From Silvanigrellaceae bacterium (lineage in GTDB: Bacteria; Bdellovibrionota_B; Oligoflexia; Silvanigrellales; Silvanigrellaceae): a stretch of DNA of 52,247 nucleotides. The stretch's first letter is position 1, and the number at the start of each line of letters is the position of its first letter. The position numbers and the translations under genes were made by a program. Below, piece after piece: positions 25,908-36,344 of this stretch. The stretch covers positions 1 through 52,247 of the forward strand of contig JBMSQQ010000009.1 in assembly GCA_049423385.1 (NCBI GenBank), in the 5' to 3' direction. Below the pieces are notes generated by a model that saw only the letters and a program-made list of their open reading frames with translations, had not been told where the DNA came from and ran no database searches.

Positions 25908-28424
25908 ATGCTTGATATTTTCAAAAAAGTCTTTGGCACTAAAAATGACCGTGAACTGCGTCGATTGGAACCTGTCCTGCGCCGCATCAACGAGCTGGAG
26001 CCCACGCTCCAGGCGCTTTCGGATGACCAGCTGAAGGCCAAAACCACAGAATTTCGCACCCGCCATCAAAAAGGGGAATCACTTGATTCGCTCCTTCCTG
26101 AGGCATTTGCTGCGGTCCGAGAAGCTTCCACACGTGTCCTGAACAAGCGCCACTTTGACGTCCAGCTTTTGGGCGGAATGGTTCTACACGAAGGCAAGAT
26201 TGCGGAAATGCGCACCGGTGAGGGCAAGACCCTGACAGCAACCGCACCGCTTTACCTGAATGCACTGACTGGCAAGGGAGCTCACCTCGTGACGGTGAAC
26301 GAATACCTGGCAAGCACTCAGGCAGAAGAAATGGGCCGTGTGTATTCGGCGCTCGGAATGACGGTTGGAGTCATCACAAGTGGTTTGAGCGATCGCGAAA
26401 GGCAAGCGGCCTACGCATGCGACATCACGTACGGGACGAACAACGAATTTGGCTTCGACTACCTGCGTGACAACATGAAGGTTCGCCTCGAGGACTTTTC
26501 CCAGCGCGGACACAATTTTGCGATCGTTGACGAAGTCGACTCAATCCTCATCGACGAAGCCCGAACACCTCTCATCATCAGTGGCCCGTCGGATCAAACT
26601 TCGGACAAATACCTGACCGCCAACGATGCCGTTCGTGGTCTCCGCCGAGAAATCGACTACACCGTCGACGAAAAATCGCGTTCATGCGCTTTGAGCGAGG
26701 AAGGCATCCAGAAGGTTGAAAAACGACTTGGCGTCACCAACCTTTACAATCCGGAGCACATGGAACTGGTCCATTGCATCAACCAGGCGCTCAAGGCTCA
26801 TGTGGTTTTCCGCAAGGACGATCACTACATTGTGCGCGACGGGCAAATCATCATTGTTGATGAATTCACCGGCCGTCTGATGCATGGTCGCCGCTATTCC
26901 GATGGCCTTCACCAGGCACTTGAGGCCAAGGAAAACGTTGCAATACAGCAAGAAAACCAGACACTCGCGACCGTGACGTTGCAAAACTTTTTCCGCATGT
27001 ATGAAAAACTTGCTGGAATGACCGGTACGGCTGACACCGAGGCCGTCGAATTCCACAAAATCTATAAACTCGACGTGGTGGTCATTCCAACAAATCGTCC
27101 GATGGTACGTAACGATCAGGATGACGTACTTTACTTGCGTCAGGGTGCAAAATTCAAAGCGGTTGCAGATGAAATCGCGGACGCAAACAAACTTGGCCAA
27201 CCCGTTCTTGTGGGAACGGTGAGCATCGAGAAAAGTGAACTCCTGAGCGACCTGCTCAAGCAGCGCGGTATCGAGCACAGCGTACTCAACGCCAAACACC
27301 ACGAACAAGAAGCACACATCATTGCCCAGGCTGGCCAAAGAGGTCGCGTCACAATCTCGACCAACATGGCGGGTCGCGGAACAGACATCATCCTGGGACA
27401 GGGAGTATCTGACCTCGGAGGACTTTACGTTATTGGAACGGAACGACATGAAAGCCGCCGGATCGACAACCAGCTGAGAGGCCGCTCCGGCCGACAAGGT
27501 GACCCCGGCAAGAGCCGCTTCTTCCTGTCCTGGGAAGACGACCTGATGAAACGGTTCAACAACAAGGCCAACCAGTTCCTGATGGAACGCACAATGGGCG
27601 ATGAAGCGCTCGCCGACCCGATGCTCACACGCGTGATTGCCAATGTGCAAAAGCGGGTTGAAGGCTACAACTACGATCTGCGCAAACATCTTCTTGAATA
27701 TGACGATGTCCTGAACAAGCAGCGCAAGACGGTTTACTCAGCCCGCAATCGAATCCTGACGAAAGGCGACCTGCGTGAAGTTCTTCAAGACGAAACGCTC
27801 GACGATCTGAGCCGGGCCATTTGCGAAGAGTATTCACCTGCGACCGGCGTACCGGGCGAACTCGTCAAAATTGAATTCGGCAAGCTGGAGAGAGCGTTGT
27901 TTCAACGCTTGAACACGGTCATGAACTTCACTTCGGAAGAACTCAAGAATTCTGAAGTGACGCGACTGGACTTCACCTCCCTCATCCGCTCGAAACTCAC
28001 GGAAGCTTACGAACGCAAAGAAAAGCTCTTTGGGTCGGAACAAATGCGTGAAATCGAGCGATGGGTCATGCTCCAGACAATTGATCAATACTGGAAGGAT
28101 CACCTGCTCAGTCTTGACCATCTGCGCGATGGTATTGGCTTGCGCGGCTACGGACAAAAAGACCCGCTGCAAGAATACAAGCGCGAAGCATTCGAGCTCT
28201 TCAAGCGACTTATCTCTGCAATAAAGGTGGACACGCTTGAGACTTTGTTCAGGATTCAACCAAATCTGGCGGAACGCTTCGTGGCCGAGGCTGAGCAGGA
28301 AGCTCAACAACGCGCCAAACGCGAGCTCTCGGGAAGCGCAGCAGTTCATGCCGAGGCTGACGCTGGCTCCGCTCTTCCGATTGCGGATGTCAAAGACAAT
28401 CCAGAGACTTCGGCGCGCGTCTGA
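25908..28424 (+). CDS. secA: Preprotein translocase ATPase SecA
   Basis: MRTGEGKT, VDEVDSILIDEARTPLIISG, TNMAGRGTDI, RGRSGRQGDPG, GYGQKDPL. Confidence 0.98.
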   Translation: MLDIFKKVFGTKNDRELRRLEPVLRRINELEPTLQALSDDQLKAKTTEFRTRHQKGESLDSLLPEAFAAVREASTRVLNKRHFDVQLLGGMVLHEGKIAEMRTGEGKTLTATAPLYLNALTGKGAHLVTVNEYLASTQAEEMGRVYSALGMTVGVITSGLSDRERQAAYACDITYGTNNEFGFDYLRDNMKVRLEDFSQRGHNFAIVDEVDSILIDEARTPLIISGPSDQTSDKYLTANDAVRGLRREIDYTVDEKSRSCALSEEGIQKVEKRLGVTNLYNPEHMELVHCINQALKAHVVFRKDDHYIVRDGQIIIVDEFTGRLMHGRRYSDGLHQALEAKENVAIQQENQTLATVTLQNFFRMYEKLAGMTGTADTEAVEFHKIYKLDVVVIPTNRPMVRNDQDDVLYLRQGAKFKAVADEIADANKLGQPVLVGTVSIEKSELLSDLLKQRGIEHSVLNAKHHEQEAHIIAQAGQRGRVTISTNMAGRGTDIILGQGVSDLGGLYVIGTERHESRRIDNQLRGRSGRQGDPGKSRFFLSWEDDLMKRFNNKANQFLMERTMGDEALADPMLTRVIANVQKRVEGYNYDLRKHLLEYDDVLNKQRKTVYSARNRILTKGDLREVLQDETLDDLSRAICEEYSPATGVPGELVKIEFGKLERALFQRLNTVMNFTSEELKNSEVTRLDFTSLIRSKLTEAYERKEKLFGSEQMREIERWVMLQTIDQYWKDHLLSLDHLRDGIGLRGYGQKDPLQEYKREAFELFKRLISAIKVDTLETLFRIQPNLAERFVAEAEQEAQQRAKRELSGSAAVHAEADAGSALPIADVKDNPETSARV

Positions 28425-28449
28425 ATCCATCGCACGCAAGAGTAAAGTT

Positions 28450-28475
28450 CGGGCCGAAAGGCCCGTTTTTTTTTT
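28450..28475 (+). terminator. Intrinsic terminator of secA
   Basis: CGGGCC-GAAA-GGCCCG followed by T10. Confidence 0.9.
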
Positions 28476-28566
28476 CGCCTTGACGGATTGAATTCGGCAT
28501 CCAGGATCAGCACTGGATCTCTGACCCAAAACTCCTCCAAGACAGCTCATGAGCAAGGGGGATTTT

Positions 28567-30267
28567 ATGTCGTGCGTTGTCCGTTCAGCGATTTGCCTTG
28601 GGTTGCAAATCATTCCTGTCACCATTGAAGCTGCTTTGGGAAGTGGTTTCTCAGGCGTTCAGCTGATTGGTCTTCCGCAGGACTACGCCAGGGAGGCTCG
28701 TGAGAGAATCAGGGCTGCAGTTGAAACACTGGGCCTGACTCTCCCTGCCCGCAGACTTGTCGTTTCGGTTCGGCCAGTTGATTCATTGAAGCAATTCAAA
28801 AATGGACTCGAGCACCTCGATTTTCCCTGTGCCATGGCAATTCTTGCTGCGTTGGCAGAACAGCAAAACGGAAACCAAAAAGAGATTGCATTATTCAAAG
28901 CGATCTCGCGTTCACTCAAGAACGGTCAATACATTTTTGCAGGACAACTGACATTGTCTGGACAAATTCTTGCCCCCGAACAGTCACTCCCCTTCGAGTT
29001 GCTCGCAATAAGACAATCAGAACAAAACCTGAAAATTTATACTGCACTTTCAAATCAAAAAATCTCACTCGCTCCAAGAGCGAATTTTATCCAAGTCGAC
29101 AGCCTTCGCGAATGCCTTCAAAAAATCACGCAACAGAAAGAAGACTTTGCACACCAGTTCAAGTCAGATTTCAATGCTGCTTCAAATGACGCAGCTCAAC
29201 CTGTCAATCACGAAAACGCCGAAGAACGCACAAAACGAATCGAACTCATGTTCCGGCATTTCAGACACACCCCTGTGCTTGCAGTCGCATTGGCACTTGC
29301 AGCTGCGGGCCGCCATCACATCCTCCTCGCAGGCTCACCAGGCTGCGGAAAAACATTTGCCCTCAAGAAGTTGCGCGAATTGTTGCCACCCATGAGCGAC
29401 AAAGAACTCCTCGAGTCTGCGCTGATTCATCAAAAAGGACCCTCTGAGTTCAAAGCGAGACCCTACCGAAATCCGCATCACACTGCCTCGGCTGCAGCAC
29501 TTCTGGGTGGTTCCCTCCTCCTGCCGGGAGAAGTGACCCTTTCTCATCATGGACTCTTGTTTCTCGACGAATTTGCCGAGTTTCCACGCCCTGCGCTCGA
29601 ATCCCTGCGTGAACCTCTCGATGAAAAGAAAATCACCCTGTCGCGCTCGCGCGGACGAGTTGAACTGCCCGCCCACTTCATGCTTGCGGCTGCAACAAAT
29701 CCTTGCCCCTGCGGCTTTTTCTTTTCAACTCATCAAAGCTGTCGATGCCTTGGAAACGCACCGATAAAATACCAACAAAAATTGAGTGGACCATTGCTTG
29801 AAAGATTTTCCATCCTGTTGCTGCTCGACGAACAAGCTGAATTCGATTGTCGCGGCAGCAAATCCGAATCACCGCTCGCTGAACTTGCATCCCGTTGGAA
29901 ATCTGCGTTTGAGGAGGACTCACAATCGTGGGCGGAACACTTCATGAAAATCCAGGATCAGGCTTGGGATCTGACAGCTGCCCGCAATTCAACTGAACAT
30001 GATGAAATGATTTGCAATGCATTCAAATCCGACAATTCGCTTTCACATCTCAGCCAAAGAACAAAAACACGTCTGAAGGACCTGATCACAACGATTGCTT
30101 CTCTATTTCCCATGATTGTTTGCGATTGGAATTCCGAAAAACTGATTACAGTTTCAAGGCAACTTCGAGGACTTGAAGAGGCACTGCAAAAAGGCGTTTC
30201 TTTTTTGACACCCGGCATGGCGGAACACACGCTCAAGGAACCTCGGGTCGGGAACGATATCCTTTAG
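28567..30267 (+). CDS. comM: YifB/ComM Mg-chelatase-like AAA+ ATPase
   Basis: Lon-like N-terminus (IGLP...EARERIRAA), GSPGCGKT, PYRNPHHTAS, LFLDE, NPCPCG..CRC, LSGPLLERF. Confidence 0.85.
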   Translation: MSCVVRSAICLGLQIIPVTIEAALGSGFSGVQLIGLPQDYAREARERIRAAVETLGLTLPARRLVVSVRPVDSLKQFKNGLEHLDFPCAMAILAALAEQQNGNQKEIALFKAISRSLKNGQYIFAGQLTLSGQILAPEQSLPFELLAIRQSEQNLKIYTALSNQKISLAPRANFIQVDSLRECLQKITQQKEDFAHQFKSDFNAASNDAAQPVNHENAEERTKRIELMFRHFRHTPVLAVALALAAAGRHHILLAGSPGCGKTFALKKLRELLPPMSDKELLESALIHQKGPSEFKARPYRNPHHTASAAALLGGSLLLPGEVTLSHHGLLFLDEFAEFPRPALESLREPLDEKKITLSRSRGRVELPAHFMLAAATNPCPCGFFFSTHQSCRCLGNAPIKYQQKLSGPLLERFSILLLLDEQAEFDCRGSKSESPLAELASRWKSAFEEDSQSWAEHFMKIQDQAWDLTAARNSTEHDEMICNAFKSDNSLSHLSQRTKTRLKDLITTIASLFPMIVCDWNSEKLITVSRQLRGLEEALQKGVSFLTPGMAEHTLKEPRVGNDIL

Positions 30268-30313
30268 CAGGATAAAAATTTCTTTGCCTTGAATCCTTGG
30301 GGGAACATGACCA

Positions 30314-30682
30314 ATGGCAAAAACCATTCTCGTGGTTGACGATGCACAGACGATCCGACATCTGACCCGTTTTGCTCTCAGCAAGGGCGGCTACAACGTG
30401 ATCGAAGCTGAAGATGGTGTGCAGGGTCTGAAAATGCTCGAGAAGTCCACCGTGGACCTCATTATTTCGGATCTCAACATGCCCAACATGAATGGCCTGG
30501 ACATGTGCCGTGCCATCAAGGGCAACGACAGAACCAAGGATATCCCCATCTTCATGCTCACCACGGAATCGAGTCAGGAAGTTGCACTGCAGGGTAAAGA
30601 AATTGGAATCATGGCATGGATTGTCAAACCGTTTGTGCCGGACAAGCTTTTGGCCGCAGTTCAGAAAGTTGTTGGCTCATGA
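30314..30682 (+). CDS. Single-domain response regulator (CheY-like)
   Basis: ILVVDD, SDLNMPNMNG (phospho-Asp), MLTTE, WIVKPF. Confidence 0.92.
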   Translation: MAKTILVVDDAQTIRHLTRFALSKGGYNVIEAEDGVQGLKMLEKSTVDLIISDLNMPNMNGLDMCRAIKGNDRTKDIPIFMLTTESSQEVALQGKEIGIMAWIVKPFVPDKLLAAVQKVVGS

Positions 30683-30751
30683 AGATTTTTTTAATTTGAA
30701 AGTGTATTTCATGGGGGACCACACTCCCCTTTTTTGTTTTGAAGAGGCCAA

Positions 30752-32440
30752 ATGGCGACGACGATCGCACAAAAAATCAGAAACGTTGGCAGACTCAGCC
30801 AAATCGTCAACATCCTGGGAAGGTATGGCTTCAGCAAAGAACTTCGCGATACCGAGCTTGCATCGTTTGTAACGGAAACGGAAACAGGGTCTGCCGAGGC
30901 AAACCAAGCCACTCAAGCCAACGACAAAAGCAATCTTTCTGGTGCAAAACGTCTCGCTCTCGCATTTGAGGAATTGGGTCCCACCTTTGTGAAACTTGGT
31001 CAACTTTTGGCTTCCCGTGAAGACGTGCTGCCAAAAGAAGTGGTTTCACAACTTCGCAGACTGCAGGATCGGGCAAAGCCCGTGCCCGAGGATGTGGTCC
31101 TGAAAATTCTCGACACCGAATTCCGTGGAAAAACAAAAGAATACTTTGAATACATTTCGCCCGTGCCACTGGGCTCTGCAAGCATTGGACAAGTTCACAA
31201 GGCTCGATGCCATGATGGCCGTGAGGTTGTCCTCAAGATTCAAAGACCGGAAATCGAATCCATCATCAGGACAGACCTCTCGATACTTGCGGGGCTTGCA
31301 TCGGTGCTCGAAAGTGCCATTCCCGAGATACGTCTTCTTCGGCCAAGCGTTGTCGTCGAGGAACTCAAGAAATCCTTGTTCGCCGAACTCGACTATTTCA
31401 GGGAAGCAGCAAACACCGAACGCATGCGTGGGTTCTTCGTTGATGACGAAACAATCTACATTCCCGAAATCCTGAGGAAGTACAGCACTCGCCGCGTCTT
31501 GTGCATGGAGGCAATCTCTGGCGAAAAATTAACACGTCTCGAACGGAGTCGTTCCCACAATCACCTTGTTTCCCACGGAGTCCGGGCGTTTCTCGACATG
31601 ACTTTCAAACACGGGATGTTCCATGCAGACCTTCATCCCGGGAATTTCATCATCATGGAAAATGGCAGACTTGCCATCCTGGATTTCGGCCTCACCGCTC
31701 GACTGACGCGTGAAATGCGCAACACGATGACCTACCTCTTTATCGCGTTGGTCAACGAGGACGTTGAAACTTTCGCCCGACTGTTCGTTGAACTGACCGA
31801 GGCCAGGGGCGACGTCGACAGGAAGAGTCTTGAAGGCAAGGTTCTTGAAAAGGTCGACAACGCCTTCAGCATGCCTGTGAGCGAATTGCAGCTTGGCAAA
31901 CTCCTGATGCAGATTGCGCGGATTGCGGCCCAACACAATGCCCCCGTCAGTCGTGATCTGGTTTTGTTCTTTCGGGGAATGATCGCCCTGGAAAGTTTTG
32001 GTCGAAGTCTCGATCCTGATTTTGAAGTCCTGCGCGAGACCTCCGACTACGCAAAAACCTTCTCTCAAGGCGCATTGGCTCGCAGTCTTTTTCAGCAGGA
32101 CTCCCTGTTGATGGTTCGCGATTCGCAAGCTCTCGTTCGTGAATTGCCATTCACTTTGAGAATCCTGACAAAGCGACTGCAGCAAGGAAATCTTTCAGCT
32201 ACTCTTCAATCGCCAGACGTTAAAAGACTTTCTCTCGAAATTGAGCGGGCCGGACAACGTCTCAGCCTTGCCCTTATTTTGGGCGCTTTGGTCTTGGGAA
32301 GCAGCCTTTTGACCTTCAACCGGAAAGGGCCTTTGTTCGATTCATTGGCAACTTTCGGCCTCCTTGGGTTTGGGGTTGCAGCATTTGTCGGGCTGTGGCT
32401 TATTGTCGCCATCCTGAAATCTGGAAGGCAACCTGACTGA
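30752..32440 (+). CDS. ABC1/AarF/UbiB family kinase-like protein
   Basis: ELGPTFVKLGQ, SASIGQVH, KIQRP, ELDY..EA, FHADLHPGN, LDFG; two C-terminal TM helices. Confidence 0.92.
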   Translation: MATTIAQKIRNVGRLSQIVNILGRYGFSKELRDTELASFVTETETGSAEANQATQANDKSNLSGAKRLALAFEELGPTFVKLGQLLASREDVLPKEVVSQLRRLQDRAKPVPEDVVLKILDTEFRGKTKEYFEYISPVPLGSASIGQVHKARCHDGREVVLKIQRPEIESIIRTDLSILAGLASVLESAIPEIRLLRPSVVVEELKKSLFAELDYFREAANTERMRGFFVDDETIYIPEILRKYSTRRVLCMEAISGEKLTRLERSRSHNHLVSHGVRAFLDMTFKHGMFHADLHPGNFIIMENGRLAILDFGLTARLTREMRNTMTYLFIALVNEDVETFARLFVELTEARGDVDRKSLEGKVLEKVDNAFSMPVSELQLGKLLMQIARIAAQHNAPVSRDLVLFFRGMIALESFGRSLDPDFEVLRETSDYAKTFSQGALARSLFQQDSLLMVRDSQALVRELPFTLRILTKRLQQGNLSATLQSPDVKRLSLEIERAGQRLSLALILGALVLGSSLLTFNRKGPLFDSLATFGLLGFGVAAFVGLWLIVAILKSGRQPD

Positions 32441-32871
32441 TGCTCACCCGGTCGCATTTTTCGGTGGACTTGTGGTTTATATTCGGCTCGTTTTGTTACG
32501 GAGCCGAGGCGCTCATCGTTGACTGCAGTCAGACTCAGGTGATTCTTAAAGTGAGTCCGGCATCCCCTGCGGCATTGACAGAACTGACTTCGTTTTTTGA
32601 ATCTATCAATGAAAAGGCCAAAGCCCTGGTCCGCACTGAAGTGAGAATCTTCGTCAACAGCAATCCAGAGACCCCCGCGTCCGACTGGGCAGACGAATTG
32701 ATTGCAACGTTGATGAGCGAATTCAAGCCCCGCATCATGCAATCCCCGTCAACCGAAACTGCGCATGCTTTCCTCATGCTCGAAGTTCCCGACGTCCGTG
32801 GCCTGACACCGAGCGATCAGGACGCATGGAGTAATCTTGTCGCTGACTTGTGGCCCCGCCTTCCGGCCTGA
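32440..32871 (+). CDS. Hypothetical protein
   Basis: ORF fills the gap in a co-directional run; TGATG stop/start overlap; no recognised motif. Confidence 0.55.
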   Translation: MLTRSHFSVDLWFIFGSFCYGAEALIVDCSQTQVILKVSPASPAALTELTSFFESINEKAKALVRTEVRIFVNSNPETPASDWADELIATLMSEFKPRIMQSPSTETAHAFLMLEVPDVRGLTPSDQDAWSNLVADLWPRLPA

Positions 32872-32908
32872 TGTATCCTCTCTACAAACGAATCAAAAGA
32901 GGTGCATT

Positions 32909-33541
32909 GTGCGGTCGACTGATGACTTCCGAACGCTGCGGAGAACGTTTCTCTTTTTAACTTCGGCGATGCTGTGCCTTGTCAGTGCTGCGGCCTTTTC
33001 AGCGGGAAAGGTGAAGCCTGATCTGCCGATCGGAGAAGAACTCGAGGAAGCGCACACTCCAAAACCGGCAGGCACCAAAGTCAAACCCGGCAAGACAGCA
33101 GGCGCCGTAAAATCCGGCCATGCTGCTCCTTCTTCACATCAGGCCGAGGATAAAAACTCACACAGCGAAGCGAAGGAACAAAAAGGCGGGGAAAAAGATC
33201 CCCATGGCAAAACCGCCACTCCAAATGAAGAAGCAAAAGATCCCCATGCAACCGCACCAGCCCAACATGGTGAAGAATCAGATCCTCACGCATCTGCTCC
33301 TGTCCAACACGGGGAAGACAATTCGGGTCATGCAAACCCTGCGGGAAATACTCCTGTGGGTGCCCATGGCTCTGCTCACGGGGAAGAAGAGAATCGTGCG
33401 GCGGATTCTCAACACAACATGCCAAAAAACCGCCTTCTTGAAGGAAAGGTTGATCCCGCCCTTCCGCCGCAAGGGAAGGGTTTCGTCTGGTTTGCTGTTG
33501 TCTTTGCTGTCCTGGCAATCGCGATTTTTATTTTCACTTGA
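32909..33541 (+). CDS. His-rich low-complexity exported protein with C-terminal membrane anchor
   Basis: GTG with GAGG RBS; signal peptide (AAFS); DPH..AP.QHGE repeats; terminal GFVWFAVVFAVLAIAIFIFT. Confidence 0.7.
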   Translation: MRSTDDFRTLRRTFLFLTSAMLCLVSAAAFSAGKVKPDLPIGEELEEAHTPKPAGTKVKPGKTAGAVKSGHAAPSSHQAEDKNSHSEAKEQKGGEKDPHGKTATPNEEAKDPHATAPAQHGEESDPHASAPVQHGEDNSGHANPAGNTPVGAHGSAHGEEENRAADSQHNMPKNRLLEGKVDPALPPQGKGFVWFAVVFAVLAIAIFIFT

Positions 33542-33572
33542 TCAATTTGGTATAAAAACAGGAGATGTGAAC

Positions 33573-34346
33573 ATGAAATTTTTTGTTTCAGTATTGACCT
33601 TGGCAAGTTGTGTTGCAGTTTCCTCAATTTCGCTTGCGGCAAAACCGGCCTCCGCAGGAAAAAAGGCACCGACGACGCCAACGCAGGCTGCAACTGCCGC
33701 AGCCGCTCCCGCAGCACCCCAAAAATGGGACTTCGAAGTGAAGGCAGATGATTCTGTTTTTGCAATTGTCACCCACAAGTCGGGAATCGCGGCAAAGCTC
33801 GCGCACAATCATTTGATCGCTGCGCGCCAATTCAACTCTTCAATCAGTGCAGATCCAACAAAGCTCAATGAAGGAAGCTTCAGTTTCAAGGCAAAAGTCA
33901 ATGAGCTGGAATTTGATCGCAATGATCTCCAGAAAAAATGGTTTCCAACAATTCAGGCTCTGGATTGGCTTTCCGAACCCTTTGCAAGTCTCAAGGATTC
34001 CGATCGCGAAACAATTCGTGAAAATGCCCTGGCGGCAGATCAGCTCGATGGTCAAAAGTTTCCCGAAATTATGGCACGCGTGGAAAGCATCAGCGATTCT
34101 TCAAGCAAGATTGGCGGCAAAAGCTTTTCCAAAAAGGCCGAGGTTTCTGTCACAATTCACGGCCAGACGGTCAAACGCAGTTTTGCAGCGAACTTGAACC
34201 TTCAAGGAACGGAACTGACGGCCGAGGCAGTTGCAGACTTCAAATTCAGCGAATTTGGTATCAAACCTTACAAGGCTCTCATGGGCGCATTGGGCAATGA
34301 AGACAAGTTCAACATGCTCGTCAGTTTCAGGGCGGTCAAGAAATGA
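33573..34346 (+). CDS. YceI family (polyisoprenoid-binding) periplasmic protein
   Basis: AGGAG RBS; signal peptide; AHNH; L...KFPEI; TIHGQT; SEFGIKPY. Confidence 0.8.
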   Translation: MKFFVSVLTLASCVAVSSISLAAKPASAGKKAPTTPTQAATAAAAPAAPQKWDFEVKADDSVFAIVTHKSGIAAKLAHNHLIAARQFNSSISADPTKLNEGSFSFKAKVNELEFDRNDLQKKWFPTIQALDWLSEPFASLKDSDRETIRENALAADQLDGQKFPEIMARVESISDSSSKIGGKSFSKKAEVSVTIHGQTVKRSFAANLNLQGTELTAEAVADFKFSEFGIKPYKALMGALGNEDKFNMLVSFRAVKK

Positions 34347-34693
34347 CGGCAGCGCCAACGATTTTCGACAGGATCCTGAAGGGCGAGATCCCCTGCAAAA
34401 AAGTGCTTGAGGACGACCACACGCTTGCCTTTCATGACATCGCCCCTCAGGCGCCAATACATGTCTTGATCATTCCGAAAATCAGGATCGTTAATATTGC
34501 TGCTGCCGAAGAAAAGCATGCCGAACAATTGGGGCGTATTCTGCTCACTGCCGGCCGGGTGGCCCGGCAGTTGGGAGTCGAGTCATCCGGATATCGACTC
34601 GTGTTCAACAACGGACGAGACGGTGGACAATCGGTTGATTATCTTCACTGCCACCTGTTGGCCGGGCGGCCCCTCGACTGGCCTCCAGGCTGA
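34343..34693 (+). CDS. hinT: Histidine triad nucleotide-binding protein
   Basis: TIFDRI..GEIP, AFHDIAPQAPIHVLIIPK, GQSV.YLHCHLLAGR, WPPG. Confidence 0.92.
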   Translation: MTAAPTIFDRILKGEIPCKKVLEDDHTLAFHDIAPQAPIHVLIIPKIRIVNIAAAEEKHAEQLGRILLTAGRVARQLGVESSGYRLVFNNGRDGGQSVDYLHCHLLAGRPLDWPPG

Positions 34694-34705
34694 TGTCATT
34701 GACGG

Positions 34706-36313
34706 ATGAAAAATCCCGAAAAACTGGCAAACACAGATTTTTTGATCATCGGAGCCGGCGCTGCAGGAACCGCAGCGGCGAAATGCTTTGCAGCTGCGGG
34801 CTTGGCTGCACGGGTTTCTCTTTTTGAGCAGCACAGCGAACCCGGAGGCAGTGCTGGCTACTTTTCACGAGGACAACCCAAACGCAGCCACGATGCCGGC
34901 GCAACCCAGCTTATAGAGTGCAAGCCGGGTCAATTGCAACGCATCCTTTTTGATTTGGCACCGGCTCAAGGCCAACAAGAAGCTGAACGGATTTTCGAGA
35001 AAATCCCCGCCATCATTCAGCACTGGAGTGGAAGCAATCGCAAGGTGTCACTCCGGGACGACGGACGAGTCGAATGGATGGGAGCTGACCAACCGAGCGA
35101 ACAGGAACGCGAGGAAATTGCAAAACTTGAAAAATTCCTCGCGGCCTGCGCAAACGAAGCCGAGTGGATGTGGAATCTTCTTGCCAGGATTCCTCGCTTT
35201 CCACTTCAGACATTAAGTGATTTTCTGCGTGCCTTCAGTGTTTTTCTTCGCGTTCCGTGGAATAAAAAGCTGATTTTTCCGATTGTTTTTATTCTCAGTT
35301 GCGAACAAAAAATGCGAATGCACGGCATACGGCGCAAGCGAATCGCCTGGGATGTCTTGAGTGGTTTGCTCATCGACACAACCCAGAACTCACCGGGAAA
35401 ATCACCGTGGCTGGCAGCTGCAATGGGAGTCTCCATTCTTCGGCGGGGTATTTTTCGATGCCGGGCAGGAATGCGCTCCTATTTCCGTCCCATGATCGCC
35501 TCGTTCACACAACGCGGAGGTCAATATTTTCCAAACGAGAAACTCACGCGGATTCAAAGCACCAATGAAGGCTTCAGACTCACATTGGTCAACCAACGGA
35601 ATGGTGCGGAGCAGATCATCGAGACCAGTGGACAAGTCCTTCTGAATCAGACGATTTGGGATATTGTAGAAAGCCTCGTGCCGATGGACGATACCATACG
35701 CAAGACGAGAGTCTTTCGCAGATGGGTGAAAACTTCAAAATCGGAATCGGGCTGGGGTGCTTTTGCCCTCTATGCCACCGTGGAAGACAATCCCAAATGG
35801 CCTGATTCACCATTTTTTCATCAAATTTTCGCATCAGGCGATACACCTGATGAGTTGCAAAGTTCACTTTACGTTTCAATCCCAGGGCGCGATGACCCTG
35901 CCAATCCAGTCGGGCACCGAATTCTCACCGCAACCATTCATGTGAATGCTGCTTCCGCTCTCACGGAGGATTCGCGTGGTCTTTGGACCTCATTGCTGGT
36001 CCAACGCATTGAAAACAATCTTGGATGCAAATTGTCAAATATCGAGTCAGCCACTCCAAAGACTTTTGAGCGTTATATCTCTCGCCGACAAGGCAGGGTT
36101 GGAGGATTTCCATTGCGGTTCAGCAATTTCATGTTTTTCGCAAATCCGTCGCAACTGAATCATCCCAGCCAAAAAAATTGTAGGTTGTTGTTGATGGGTG
36201 ACACGGTTTTTCCAGGACAAGGCGTGGTGGCGTGTTCAGTCAGCGGAATCGTGGCATTTGAACGGGCCACCGGACTACGCTTCACCGATTTAATCAAAAC
36301 GATGCCTCGGTGA
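34706..36313 (+). CDS. FAD-dependent oxidoreductase, phytoene/carotenoid desaturase (CrtD-like) family
   Basis: IIGAGAAG, PGGSAGYF, DAGAT, ATPKTFERY..R..G.VGG, GDTVFPGQG. Confidence 0.8.
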   Translation: MKNPEKLANTDFLIIGAGAAGTAAAKCFAAAGLAARVSLFEQHSEPGGSAGYFSRGQPKRSHDAGATQLIECKPGQLQRILFDLAPAQGQQEAERIFEKIPAIIQHWSGSNRKVSLRDDGRVEWMGADQPSEQEREEIAKLEKFLAACANEAEWMWNLLARIPRFPLQTLSDFLRAFSVFLRVPWNKKLIFPIVFILSCEQKMRMHGIRRKRIAWDVLSGLLIDTTQNSPGKSPWLAAAMGVSILRRGIFRCRAGMRSYFRPMIASFTQRGGQYFPNEKLTRIQSTNEGFRLTLVNQRNGAEQIIETSGQVLLNQTIWDIVESLVPMDDTIRKTRVFRRWVKTSKSESGWGAFALYATVEDNPKWPDSPFFHQIFASGDTPDELQSSLYVSIPGRDDPANPVGHRILTATIHVNAASALTEDSRGLWTSLLVQRIENNLGCKLSNIESATPKTFERYISRRQGRVGGFPLRFSNFMFFANPSQLNHPSQKNCRLLLMGDTVFPGQGVVACSVSGIVAFERATGLRFTDLIKTMPR

Positions 36314-36344
36314 AGCGATTCAATCCTCGAAAATTCCGTCATCC

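Noticed and set aside
26682..27689. 335-aa antisense ORF within secA (similar ones at 7063-7821, 11186-12097, 44841-45548)
   Set aside because: Shadow ORFs opposite conserved genes with biased codons; no motifs
33120..33572. N-terminal extension of the 408-aa ORF
   Set aside because: Overlaps the His-rich gene in another frame; the real start is ATG 33573 with RBS and signal peptide
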